A DNA stretch of 64,000 bases, taken from positions 22,128 to 86,127 of the forward strand of contig CAZPQW010000015.1 of NCBI GenBank assembly GCA_964588985.1, written 5' to 3'. Position numbers and translations under genes: made by a program. Positions 29,012 through 38,411 of this stretch are shown here, one piece after another (position 1 is the stretch's first letter; each line of letters starts with the position of its first letter). The notes beneath the pieces were generated by a model. That model had not been told where the DNA came from. It saw only the letters and a program-made list of their open reading frames with translations, and did not search any database. The DNA comes from an uncultured Solirubrobacteraceae bacterium. GTDB lineage: Bacteria; Actinomycetota; Thermoleophilia; Solirubrobacterales; Solirubrobacteraceae.

Positions 29012-30094
29012 TTGAGCCGCTGTAGCATCAGCCGCGAGATACAGGTTCTGTTCGCCAACAACTACGACATGGCGCGGGCGCGGGCGGGATGGCGGGCCGG
29101 CACCTACCCCGGCCACCATCTGTACGGCACCGCGCGGCTTGGCGGCGAGTTCGAGGTCGTCGACCTCCCGTTCGTCACCGACGACCGCCTGGCGCGCGCG
29201 ACCGAGCTGACGCGGGGCAAGCTCGGCAGCCTGGGCCAGCAGGCGGCGGCCGTCAGGCTGCGCCGCCCGGGCGGAGTCGTCTACGGCGCCGTGGCCCAGG
29301 AGCTGCGCGGCCTGGCCGTCCTGCGCGGCGCGCGGCTGTTCCCGAACCCGATCGTGGGGATCTTCCACTCCGCCCCCTCGCGGCGCATGTCGCGCGGCTT
29401 CGCGCTGCGCGGCTTCGATCGCGTGATAGCGCTGTCCGAGAGCACGGGGCGCGATCTGGTGGAGGGTGGGATGCCACCCGAGCGCGTGAGCGTGCTGGGG
29501 TGGGGCGCCGATCTCGACTTCGCCGGGTTCGGCCCGCGGGTGCCGGCGGCCCACGATGCGCCGGTGGTGGCCGCGGGCAAGACGGGAAGGGACATGCTCA
29601 CGCTGCTGGAGGCGGCGCGCGCGACGGGACTTCCCGCGCGGATCTACGGGGAGCGGCGCGCGCTGGAACGCGATGGCCCGATCCCCGAGAACGTGACGAT
29701 CTGCCCCGTGACGAAGAACACGTCCACCGGTCCGTTGAAATATGACGAGGCGGTGCTGTCCGACCTGCGCTCCGCGGCGGTGGTGGCGATCCCGCTCTCC
29801 ACCCCGGAATGGCTGACGGGCCTGACGGAGGTCGTGGACGTGCTCGCGTGCGGGCGGCCGATGATCCTCACGCGGGCCCCGTACTTCGACTTCGACATCG
29901 AGGAGATCGGCTGCGGGTGGTGGGTGGAGCCGGGCGACGTGCGCGGCTGGAGCGAGCGGCTGCAAGCTGCGCTCGGTGATCGCGACCGGCTCGAGCAGAT
30001 GGGTCGCGCGGGTCGCGCCTGGGCGGAGCGGCACCTCAACTCGGAGTTGTTCACCGCGGGGCTGCGGCGCGTGCTGCTGGATGCGGCCGGCTGA
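29012..30094 (+). CDS. Glycosyltransferase family 4
   Basis: AAGKTGRD, GLTEVVDVLACGRP, VEPGD; start uncertain. Confidence 0.8.
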   Translation: MSRCSISREIQVLFANNYDMARARAGWRAGTYPGHHLYGTARLGGEFEVVDLPFVTDDRLARATELTRGKLGSLGQQAAAVRLRRPGGVVYGAVAQELRGLAVLRGARLFPNPIVGIFHSAPSRRMSRGFALRGFDRVIALSESTGRDLVEGGMPPERVSVLGWGADLDFAGFGPRVPAAHDAPVVAAGKTGRDMLTLLEAARATGLPARIYGERRALERDGPIPENVTICPVTKNTSTGPLKYDEAVLSDLRSAAVVAIPLSTPEWLTGLTEVVDVLACGRPMILTRAPYFDFDIEEIGCGWWVEPGDVRGWSERLQAALGDRDRLEQMGRAGRAWAERHLNSELFTAGLRRVLLDAAG

Positions 30095-30130
30095 GATGGC
30101 TGACCGTCCGAGGAGGGTCTGATCTCCAGC

Positions 30131-31570
30131 TTGCCCGGCCAGGCGACGCGGCAGCGCGCCGCCAACGACATCGTCCTGCAGATCGTCATACGCGTGGCGA
30201 ACCTCGCCCTCGGCGTGGTCGTGACGGCGCTCGTGGTGCGTGCGCTGGGGCGCTCGGGCTATGGGCAGTGGTCGACGATCTTCATCGTGCTGACGCTCGT
30301 CGGCTACTTCGCGAACTTCGGGATGGAGACCGTCGCCCTGCGCGAAGCGGCACGCGATCCCGAGCACGAGCACGAGTGGATCGGCGCGGTGATGATGCTG
30401 CGCTTCATCGTCCTGGGTCCGGTGATCGTGTGCTCGGTGGCGGCGATCCTGGTGCTCCGTCAGAGCCACGAGATGCTCGTGGCCGGCCTGATCCTGATCC
30501 TGACGATGCCGTTCAACGGCGTCGGCGCGCTGCAGCTGATCTTCCAGCTGCGGGTCAGGAACCTCGTGCCGATGCTCGTGCTCACCCTGCGCAGCGTGCT
30601 GTGGGCGATCGCTGTGGTGATCATCTACGTGCAGGGCTACGGCATGGTCGCCCTGGCGATCGCGATGTCGGCGACCAACGCGGTCGGCTCGATCGTCCAG
30701 GCGCTCGCCGCGCTGCGGGTCGCCGACCGGATCCCGAGACCGTCGCGGCGGCGGCTCGGGCCACTCGTGCGCGCCTCGATCCCGGTGGGCCTGTCGGGCG
30801 TGCTGATCATCGCCTACGCGCGCATCGACCAGGTGATCGTGTTCACCGTCGTCGGCAGCAGCGGGGCGGGTCTCTACGGCAGCGTCTACAACGTGCTCGA
30901 CCAGTCGCACTTCGTGCCCGCGTCAATCCTCACGACCCTCGCGCCGGTGATGGCGGCCGCTTGGCCCGCCGACCGTGGGCGGCTGCTGCGCAGCGCCCGG
31001 ATGACGGCCGAGCTGATGGCGATCGCGTCGTTCGGCGCGCTGGCGTTCGCGACCGTCGCCGCGACGCCGCTGGTGCGGCTGATCTTCGGCGAGAGCTTCG
31101 TGAAGGCCGCGCCGGTGCTGCCGGTGCTGGGGGGCGCGTTCGTGTTCATCTGCTTCGACTACCTCAACGGCAACGTCCTGCTGGTGCTCGGCAAGCAGAA
31201 CGCGCTCCTGCGCATCAGCGTGATCGCGCTGGTCGTCAACGTGATCGGCAACCTCGTGTTCGTGCCGCTCGACGGCTTCATGGGCGCCGCCTGGATGACG
31301 CTCGCCACGGAGGCGGTGGTGTTCGCGGCGAGCCTCGCGTTGATCCTGCGAACGCTCGAGCTGCCGTTGCCACGTCCGGGGAAGATCGGACGCACCGCGC
31401 TCGCGGCGCTGCTGCTGGCTGCGGGTCTCGAGGCGATGCGGCTGGCGAGCGCGCCGCTCGAGGCGCTGGTCGTCGCCGCGTGCGTCTGCTATCCGGCGCT
31501 GCTGTTCGGGTTGCGCGCGGTGGGGCGCGACGAGCTGGGCGTGCTCCTGCGGCGCGGAGCCCCGTTGTGA
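30131..31570 (+). CDS. wzx: Wzx-type polysaccharide flippase
   Basis: About 14 TM helices; RALGRSGYG, RIDQVIV, GLYG, GFMGAAW motifs. Confidence 0.9.
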   Translation: MPGQATRQRAANDIVLQIVIRVANLALGVVVTALVVRALGRSGYGQWSTIFIVLTLVGYFANFGMETVALREAARDPEHEHEWIGAVMMLRFIVLGPVIVCSVAAILVLRQSHEMLVAGLILILTMPFNGVGALQLIFQLRVRNLVPMLVLTLRSVLWAIAVVIIYVQGYGMVALAIAMSATNAVGSIVQALAALRVADRIPRPSRRRLGPLVRASIPVGLSGVLIIAYARIDQVIVFTVVGSSGAGLYGSVYNVLDQSHFVPASILTTLAPVMAAAWPADRGRLLRSARMTAELMAIASFGALAFATVAATPLVRLIFGESFVKAAPVLPVLGGAFVFICFDYLNGNVLLVLGKQNALLRISVIALVVNVIGNLVFVPLDGFMGAAWMTLATEAVVFAASLALILRTLELPLPRPGKIGRTALAALLLAAGLEAMRLASAPLEALVVAACVCYPALLFGLRAVGRDELGVLLRRGAPL

Positions 31571-32685
31571 AAGGCGTCTGAGAGCTCACGCAGGCGCACG
31601 GCTAGCGCCGCGAACTGCCTCCTCGCGTCGTAGCGGGTCTCGCAGCGAGCCCGCGCCGCACCCGCAAACTCGGCGCGTCTGCCGGGGTCGCCGAGCAGCC
31701 CGCGCACCGCCTCGCCGAGCGCGCGAGGATCTCCGTAGGGCACGAGCACACCCGCTCGTCCGTCTTCGAGCATGCCCGCGATGCCCCCCACCGGCGTCGA
31801 GACGACGGGCGTCCCGCAGGCCATCGCCTCGAGCAGCACCCAGGGGTTGCTGTCCCCATAGGTCGGCAGGCAGAAGAGATCCGCCTGCTGCTGGAGATCG
31901 AGCAGCGCGGGGTCCGACGGAGACAGGCGGTGCACGCGCACCCCCGGACGCTCGGGCACCTCGGCGGGGGTCACGACGTCGAGATCCCAATCTCTGCCGA
32001 GCCCGTCGCCGAGCGCGGCGAGCAGATCCTCACCGCCCTTGGCGGCGAAGCGCCCACCGACGAACAGCACCCGCGGGCGCTCGCGCGCTCGGTGCGGGGC
32101 CGGGCGATGGCGCACCAGGTCGATCCCCGGGTGATGCTCGATCACGCGCGCCCCGGGGGCTGCCCGTTCGACCCCCCGCCGGGCCCAGTCGGTCCACGCG
32201 AGCACCAGCGCCGCCCGGCGCAGCACGCGACGCTCGAGCGCGCGGCTGGGCGCGATCATCAGCGGCTCGTGGATCTGCGGCGAGGCCCACGCCGGCATCG
32301 CCGACCAGTCGTAGACGGTCGCGTCGACCGACAGCACGATCGGCCGGTCGGCCATCATGCGCGACATCGCCAGCGCGACCGACTGGCTGTGGACGTGCAC
32401 GACGTCCGCCGGCCACGCGCGCAGCGCTTCACGCAGCTGGCCGCGAGCGCGCAGCGACTGGACCACGTGCCAGCGCAACGAGTGGAAGTCGAGGTTGTTG
32501 CGCTCGAGCCAGGGCGTCGAGCGATCCGCGGCCAGACGCGCCAGGCGTCCCATCGGCGTCAACCCGGTGAAGCGCGCTTCGATGTCCGGCGCCTCGCCCA
32601 GACCCACGCGCAACGCCTCGTCGAGCTGTCCCTGGCCGAGGATGTGCGCTCCGAGGTTGCCCTCGTTGAAGAACATCACCCGCAC
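31489..32685 (-). CDS. Glycosyltransferase family 4
   Basis: FVGGRFAAKGG, LLEAMACGTPVV; start GTG 32685; 3' end overlaps the flippase gene. Confidence 0.88.
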   Translation of the reverse strand: MRVMFFNEGNLGAHILGQGQLDEALRVGLGEAPDIEARFTGLTPMGRLARLAADRSTPWLERNNLDFHSLRWHVVQSLRARGQLREALRAWPADVVHVHSQSVALAMSRMMADRPIVLSVDATVYDWSAMPAWASPQIHEPLMIAPSRALERRVLRRAALVLAWTDWARRGVERAAPGARVIEHHPGIDLVRHRPAPHRARERPRVLFVGGRFAAKGGEDLLAALGDGLGRDWDLDVVTPAEVPERPGVRVHRLSPSDPALLDLQQQADLFCLPTYGDSNPWVLLEAMACGTPVVSTPVGGIAGMLEDGRAGVLVPYGDPRALGEAVRGLLGDPGRRAEFAGAARARCETRYDARRQFAALAVRLRELSDAFHNGAPRRRSTPSSSRPTARNPNSSAG

Positions 32686-32693
32686 GTCGGCGC

Positions 32694-33644
32694 CTACCCG
32701 GCCTGAGGCTCGGGGATGTTCCACGCCTCTGGGGTGGCGCCCTGCTCCCAGCCGAAGTCGCGCGGGTCGGCCATCGCGGCCGGGAACTCCAGGACCCAGT
32801 CCTCGTGCAGCCGCGCGAGCTCGGTGTGGAGAGCCTCGACGTCGGCGAACTCTCGCGGGTCGAGCGGCGAGCCCACGTCCATCCACACCCGGTGCCCGAC
32901 ACGGCGCAGCCGTGTCGGCAGGACGAGCGCGTCGCCCTCGAACGCCAGGCGCGCGGTGCCGTCGGCGAGCATCGCGGGCTTGCCGAGGTAGCGCGTCGGG
33001 CGGTGGCCGGGCACGTCGAAGAACAGCACCACGCACTCGCCCCGCTCCAGCAGCGCTCGCAGGGTCCGGTAGGACCCCTTGGAGGTCACGTACCGCGCGC
33101 GGGCCCCTTTGTGCCAGCGGGCGATGCGCCGGCCCCAGTAGTCCGGGCTGGGCGGCTCGAAGAACCACGGCCCGAACACCCCGTACGGCGTGCAGCCCAT
33201 GTCCAGCGGCACCTGGGTGATGCGCGGGTAGGGGCCGAGATGGCAGGAGCTCAGCAGCACGCCGCGGTCCTGAGCCAGCGCCTCGCGCAGGCGTCGCGCG
33301 GTGGCCTCGTCGACCTCGGGTGTGCTCCACGGCTGCCAGAAGAGCGCCGTGTCGGTCTGCTGCTCGATCACGTACTCACGCGCGACGCGCTCGAGCGAGC
33401 CCTCCAGAGCGGTGCCGCTCACCACGGTGGCCATCGCCGCCAGCGCATCCTCTCGCGCTCCCTCGTCCTGCTCCCACAGGCGCTGGCCCTTGAGCGTCGC
33501 TCGCCTGACGACCAGCCTGGTGGGCAGCAGGGCACGAACCCACACCGAGGTTTTCATACGGAGCGCGAGCGGGGCGGGCGGCATGCGCGTCGGAGCGGGA
33601 GGGCGCTCGACCATCTGCAGCGCGCTCGTCGGCTCTGGACCCAC
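32694..33644 (-). CDS. Lipid A/LPLAT-like acyltransferase
   Basis: GVLLSSCHLG, LLERGECVVLFFDVPG, YLGKPA pattern; catalytic acid after the His not obvious. Confidence 0.65.
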   Translation of the reverse strand: MGPEPTSALQMVERPPAPTRMPPAPLALRMKTSVWVRALLPTRLVVRRATLKGQRLWEQDEGAREDALAAMATVVSGTALEGSLERVAREYVIEQQTDTALFWQPWSTPEVDEATARRLREALAQDRGVLLSSCHLGPYPRITQVPLDMGCTPYGVFGPWFFEPPSPDYWGRRIARWHKGARARYVTSKGSYRTLRALLERGECVVLFFDVPGHRPTRYLGKPAMLADGTARLAFEGDALVLPTRLRRVGHRVWMDVGSPLDPREFADVEALHTELARLHEDWVLEFPAAMADPRDFGWEQGATPEAWNIPEPQAG

Positions 33645-33661
33645 CGTCGATACGGTACAGC
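33645..33661. promoter_or_regulatory. Overlapping divergent -10 boxes for leaderless genes
   Basis: TACGGT (+, 33651-33656) and TACCGT (-, 33652-33657), each 5-8 nt from a start codon. Confidence 0.55.
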
Positions 33662-34906
33662 GTGATGGCCGCCCCGCCCCGCCTGCGCATCCTGATCGTC
33701 TCGATGCTCTATCCGCCGGTCGCGTTCGGAGGCTACGAGGTCGAGTGCTCGGCGGTGGCCGAGCGGCTCGGAGAGCGTCACGAGGTGCTGGTGCTGACGA
33801 GCTCCAAGGACCGGGCGCGGGCCGGCGATCAGCCGGGGGTCAGGCGTGAGCTGGGCCTGCCGAGCCCCGATCCACGGGGGGCGCTGCGGGCGCCGCTCGC
33901 GGCTGTCCGCGCGGTCGCCTCGGCACGGCGGGCGCTGGAGTGGAAGCCGGATGTGATCTACGTGTGGAACGGCGCGTACCTGCCACAGGCGGCTCTGCGG
34001 GTCCTCGCGGACAGCGGCACGCCCCTGGCGTTTCGGGTGTGCGAGCACTGGTTCGGAGGCCTGTTCGAGATCGACCTGTTCATGCGCGAGCTGCTGCCCG
34101 CCAGGCGCTCGCCGGGGAGAGCGGCATGGGCGGTGGGGGCCCGTGCCCTCAACCGGCTGCCGTCGCTGCGCCTCGATCCGCGTGCGCCGCTGCGCGCCGC
34201 GATCTCCTGGAACTCGGAGGCGATCAGGCACATGGTCGACACGCCCTCGTTCGTCGAGCCCGTGCTGGAGCGCGTCGGGCACTCGGTGCCCCGCTACGGC
34301 GAGCTCTACGCCGAGCTGGTCCGTGCTCCTTCGCCCGAGCCGAGCGTCCTGTTCCTCGGGCGAATCACCCCCTACAAGGGCATCTCGGTCGCGATCGAGG
34401 CGCTCGCGCGGCTGCGGGCCGAGCACGCGGTGCCCGCGACCCTGACCATGGTCGGCCCGGAGGACGGCGGCTACGGCGCGGAGATGCGAGCGCTCGCCGA
34501 GCGGCTCGGCGTAGCCGAGGAGGTGCGCTGGCTCGGCCCCGTCGGCCCGGAGCGGATCGCCGAGCTGCTGTCCACCACCGCGGCGCTGATCGTGCCCTCG
34601 ACCTGGGACGAGCCGTTCCCGCTGGTCACGATCGAGGCCGCCCTCGCGCGCGTCCCGATCGTCGCCTCGGACGTCGGCGGCGTCAGCGAGGGCATGCACG
34701 ACGAGGAGCACGCCCTGCTGTTCGCCCGCGGCGACGCCGCCGGCGCGGCAACGGCGCTCGGGCGCACGCTGCGCGAGGCCGAGCAGACCGCCGCGCGGGT
34801 CGAGCGGGCCTTCGAGCGCGCGCAGCGGAAGTTCCGTCTCGGGCCCTATCTCGACGATCAGGAACGCTTCGTGCTCGACGCCTTGGCCGCACTGCGAGAT
34901 CGCTGA
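33662..34906 (+). CDS. Glycosyltransferase family 4
   Basis: YPPVAFGGYE, GRITPYKG, WDEPFPLVTIEA. Confidence 0.92.
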   Translation: MMAAPPRLRILIVSMLYPPVAFGGYEVECSAVAERLGERHEVLVLTSSKDRARAGDQPGVRRELGLPSPDPRGALRAPLAAVRAVASARRALEWKPDVIYVWNGAYLPQAALRVLADSGTPLAFRVCEHWFGGLFEIDLFMRELLPARRSPGRAAWAVGARALNRLPSLRLDPRAPLRAAISWNSEAIRHMVDTPSFVEPVLERVGHSVPRYGELYAELVRAPSPEPSVLFLGRITPYKGISVAIEALARLRAEHAVPATLTMVGPEDGGYGAEMRALAERLGVAEEVRWLGPVGPERIAELLSTTAALIVPSTWDEPFPLVTIEAALARVPIVASDVGGVSEGMHDEEHALLFARGDAAGAATALGRTLREAEQTAARVERAFERAQRKFRLGPYLDDQERFVLDALAALRDR

Positions 34907-36088
34907 TCAGAGGAACTCGGCCAGCCCGCTCGTGTCGAGGCCGGGAATCCCGGTGGCTCTGACCAGGCGCTCCGCGACCTTGCGCCAGGTGAACAGGCGC
35001 GAGTGCCGGCGCGCGAGCTCGCCCATCGCCCGCGCCGTCTCGGGGTCGGCGAGGGTCAGCATCGCCTCGATGATGCGCTCGGGCTGGAGTGGGTCCACCA
35101 CCAGCCCGCCAGGACCGATCATGGTGGCGGCCCCGCCGTCGGTGGTGCCCACGGAGGGGACGCCCGCACCGCCCGCCTCGACGTAGACGATCCCGGCCGG
35201 TTCGTGCAGTGAAGGCAGCACGAAGGCCGTGGCTTGGCTGTAGAGCTGAGCGAGGCGTTCGCGATCCGCGGGCACTCCGAGCGACAGGTGTCCGTGGGCT
35301 GTCACGCCCTCCTGGTCGATGCGGGGATGGCCTCCGACGACGTCCAGGCGCGCGTCCGGGTGAAGCTCCCGGACGCGCGCGAACGCCGCCAGCACCGCCG
35401 GCCCGTTCTTGCGCTCCCAGTCGCCTCCGACGAACAGGTAGCGGGGGTTGCTCCAGTCCCGCGGCGCCGGCTCGGGCCCCTCGTGGTTCTGGCCGAAGCC
35501 GACCGTGAACACCCGCTCGGGCGGGATCCCGTAGCTGCCGACGATGCTCTCGGCGACCCAGTGCGTGGCGCAGCAGCAGGCGACGGCCGATTCGTAGATC
35601 CTGCGCTGACGCGCGGCATAGCGCTCGATGTCCCGCTCGGAGAGGCCGCGGAGGTGCTCCCACGGATACGCCTGTACAGCCTGGAGCACGGTTGAGTCCT
35701 CGAGCGTCACGATCCGGTAGCGCGAAGGCAGGCGCATGTCGCTCCCCCGCTGCACGACCGCGTCCAGGTGCCCGGCGCGGGCGAGCCGGCGACGCATCAG
35801 CAGCGAGCGCGCGAGGATCGTGGGTCGTCCGAGCATCGCCGCGCCGTGAGCTCGCTTGGCGCTCGCGCGCAGGTCGGCGACGTCAGCCGGCCGCAGGCGC
35901 GCGGCGACGCTGCTCAGGTGCGCGAGCCTGCCGATGCGCGGCGGGAGCTCGCCGCTGATGGGGATCGCCTCCGCGACGACCTCCCCCATCGCGCGCAGCA
36001 GCCCGCCTGAGACTCCCGAATGGGCGACCTTGTCGGACGGGTCGATCCAGTCGGCCAGGCCGACCGACAGCGAGCTCGGCGAGCGCAT
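34907..36088 (-). CDS. Glycosyltransferase family 4
   Basis: FVGGDWERKNG, HEPAGIVYVEA; TATCGT 8 nt before ATG. Confidence 0.9.
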   Translation of the reverse strand: MRSPSSLSVGLADWIDPSDKVAHSGVSGGLLRAMGEVVAEAIPISGELPPRIGRLAHLSSVAARLRPADVADLRASAKRAHGAAMLGRPTILARSLLMRRRLARAGHLDAVVQRGSDMRLPSRYRIVTLEDSTVLQAVQAYPWEHLRGLSERDIERYAARQRRIYESAVACCCATHWVAESIVGSYGIPPERVFTVGFGQNHEGPEPAPRDWSNPRYLFVGGDWERKNGPAVLAAFARVRELHPDARLDVVGGHPRIDQEGVTAHGHLSLGVPADRERLAQLYSQATAFVLPSLHEPAGIVYVEAGGAGVPSVGTTDGGAATMIGPGGLVVDPLQPERIIEAMLTLADPETARAMGELARRHSRLFTWRKVAERLVRATGIPGLDTSGLAEFL

Positions 36089-36125
36089 CCGCTCGCACGA
36101 TAGTGCGACGCCACGGCGGGCTCTC

Positions 36126-38039
36126 CTATTCGGCCAGCACTTCCTCGGCGGCGGTCGTGTAGTGGCCCTTCGGCTGCAGGTTGTTCTGCAACACGCCGAA
36201 GTAGTAGAAGGGGCTCTGGCTGACGTTCACCGGCCGCTGATCGCGCAGCTGGTAGAAGATGAACAGGCCCATCCGACTTCCGAGCACATGGCGAATTTCA
36301 CCCACGGTCCGGTGGAGCGTTTCGCCGGTTTCCTGGTAGTTCATGCACGGGTTCCAGCCGTAGTCTTCGGTGACGCAGGTGGTGTTCTCGCCGGAGAGTC
36401 CCCACTCGGTCACGTCGATCGGAATCGTCGAGGACGCGCCGTGGGCGGCGCTCTGGCCGATCAAGGCTTCGAGCTTCGCGTGCCAGCTGGGTCCATAGAG
36501 GTGGGCGACCCAGCCTCCGACGTAGCTGCCGAGGTTCGGCACCGCGGCGAACATCCCGTTCATCCATTCGCCCGACGGGTCTTCTCCCACCGCCAGCAGG
36601 CCGACGTGCTCACCGGTCGCGTTGATCGCTTCGGCGGCTTCCTTCAGGCGGATGGCGTAGGTGCGGGCGCGAGCCGTGTAGGACGCGTCGCCCGGAGCGT
36701 CGCCGTACTGCCAGCCGGCGGAGGTCTCGTTACCGAACTCGATCGTCTGGATCGCCAGGTAGCCGTCGCTGCGGTGTGCCCAGAACGTCCCGCCCGGCCC
36801 GTAGGCGGTGGCCCAGCTGGCGAGGTTCCGCGCTTCGGCGGAGGAGGGCAGCGTGCCCTGGAACCCGGCCAGCGGCTCCACGCGAATTCCTTTTTCGGCG
36901 TAGCTGCGGATGAACTTTTCGATTTCGGGCGCCGCGGCGCCGAACGTGAACTCCACTCGCGCGACCTTTGCGCCGATGCTCGCGGCGGCGTTGGGTTCTT
37001 CGGGCAGGTTCCAACCGGCGTCGATGCCGGGCTGGAACACGGCGCTAGCCGGCGGTTCTTCTTTGGGCGCGGGCGGGGCCGCCGGATATGAGATGGCGAC
37101 TTCGGTCGCCCATTCGCTGCCGTTGACAGCGGTTCGTACGCTGTAGTCGACGGTCTTCCCGGCGACGGGCGTCGGGGTGGTGGAGGTGCCGTTGACCACC
37201 GAGAAGCTTTCGGCCTGCCCCGGCACCTTGCTCACGAGCACGTACGTCGCGACCCCCGCGACGGTGTTCCAGCTCAGTGTCTGTCCCGAGACGGTGATCA
37301 CCGGAGCCGCGCGAAAGTTGATGGCTTCGCTCGGCGGTTCCGAGGAGGGGGCCGGAGCTTCTTCCGACCCACCGGGCGCGGGGGGTTGGGGGGAAATCAC
37401 GGGCGAGGGGTAGCTCACCTGCCGCCAGCCGGACCAGATGGACCCGTTGACTGCGGTGCGCACGCTGTAGCTGACCGTGACGCCGGGCGCGGGGGGCGGC
37501 GTGGTCGAGGTGCCGTGCACGATCGAGTAGACGTTGGCCCGGCCGGATATCCGGCGGACGAGCACGTAGCTGGTGATCTGCTCGACTTTGGTCCAGGTCA
37601 GGCGATTCCCGCTGACCGACAGCAGCGGCGCCCGTCGTGGGCCGGCGTTGGAGGCCTTGCGTGCGCGTGTGCTCGAGCGGGCGACGAGCGCGAGGTGGCG
37701 CCTGGCGCGTGCGAGCGTGCGCCCCGCGCGCTGCACGGCGCCGCGCTTGGCGGCGCAACTGGCGGAATGGGGGCCGTTCTTGCGCAGGCACACATTGAGG
37801 GCTCTGGCGTCGGTGACGAGCACGTGATCCGCACGGACGCTGAGCGACGCCGCGGACCGAAGGGCGCGGGGGACGACGGTTGCCGCGACGTTGCCGCGGT
37901 GAGAGGCGCGATGACGAGGGGCGGCCTGGCTGGCGGGGACCGTGATCAGGAGCACGCAGGCTGCCACCACGATCGCGCGCAAAGTCGGCAGGCTCCACGC
38001 CGGGGAGATCTTGCGGTGGAGGAACATCTTGCTGCTCAC
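36126..38039 (-). CDS. Secreted protein with two FN3-like repeats and a C-terminal clan GH-A hydrolase-like domain
   Basis: Signal peptide; duplicated ...YSVRTAVNGS.W module; FGNET and VTEWG motifs. Confidence 0.75.
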   Translation of the reverse strand: MSSKMFLHRKISPAWSLPTLRAIVVAACVLLITVPASQAAPRHRASHRGNVAATVVPRALRSAASLSVRADHVLVTDARALNVCLRKNGPHSASCAAKRGAVQRAGRTLARARRHLALVARSSTRARKASNAGPRRAPLLSVSGNRLTWTKVEQITSYVLVRRISGRANVYSIVHGTSTTPPPAPGVTVSYSVRTAVNGSIWSGWRQVSYPSPVISPQPPAPGGSEEAPAPSSEPPSEAINFRAAPVITVSGQTLSWNTVAGVATYVLVSKVPGQAESFSVVNGTSTTPTPVAGKTVDYSVRTAVNGSEWATEVAISYPAAPPAPKEEPPASAVFQPGIDAGWNLPEEPNAAASIGAKVARVEFTFGAAAPEIEKFIRSYAEKGIRVEPLAGFQGTLPSSAEARNLASWATAYGPGGTFWAHRSDGYLAIQTIEFGNETSAGWQYGDAPGDASYTARARTYAIRLKEAAEAINATGEHVGLLAVGEDPSGEWMNGMFAAVPNLGSYVGGWVAHLYGPSWHAKLEALIGQSAAHGASSTIPIDVTEWGLSGENTTCVTEDYGWNPCMNYQETGETLHRTVGEIRHVLGSRMGLFIFYQLRDQRPVNVSQSPFYYFGVLQNNLQPKGHYTTAAEEVLAE

Positions 38040-38043
38040 GTCC

Positions 38044-38120
38044 TTTCGGTAGCTGGGCTGTCTCCGCTTGGGAGACCCCTGGCTTTGCGAGCCCGTCTCA
38101 CGACGGGTGTGCCTTTATCG
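38044..38120 (-). promoter_or_regulatory. Cyclic di-GMP-I (GEMM) riboswitch
   Basis: Minus strand reads GAUAAAGGCACA-CCCGUC-GUGA-GACGGG-CUCGCAAAGCCAGGG-GUCUCC-CAAGC-GGAGAC-AGCCCAGCUACCGAA: GGCA start, GNRA-capped P2, CGCAAAGCC junction, P3 and UACCG end; abuts the AAAGGA RBS. Confidence 0.9.
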
Positions 38121-38411
38121 AGGGGTGGGGATGGGGCTTTGCCGGTCGCCTATTGCTCTCTCTGCAAAAGCCCCCGAGAGCTTTAGGCCTGCAAGAGATC
38201 TCTCGGATCGGGACCTCCGAGCAGTGAACATGCGTCAGGGTGTTGGACGGATGTCACCAGCCGCGAGCAGCTGCCCGCCCATGCGCCGAGGCGCACGGGC
38301 GTCGTATCCGGTTCAAGTGGATCTGGCGCGCCGACGATGAGGATCGGGTGAGCGCGGCCGCAGCTATTCTGTTGATGGAGATGACACCGGCAGATACGCC
38401 CGAGGAGCCCC

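Noticed and set aside
38044-38120. 3',3'-cGAMP (GEMM-Ib) riboswitch variant
   Set aside because: The discriminating position reads G (AAAGGCA), matching the c-di-GMP type
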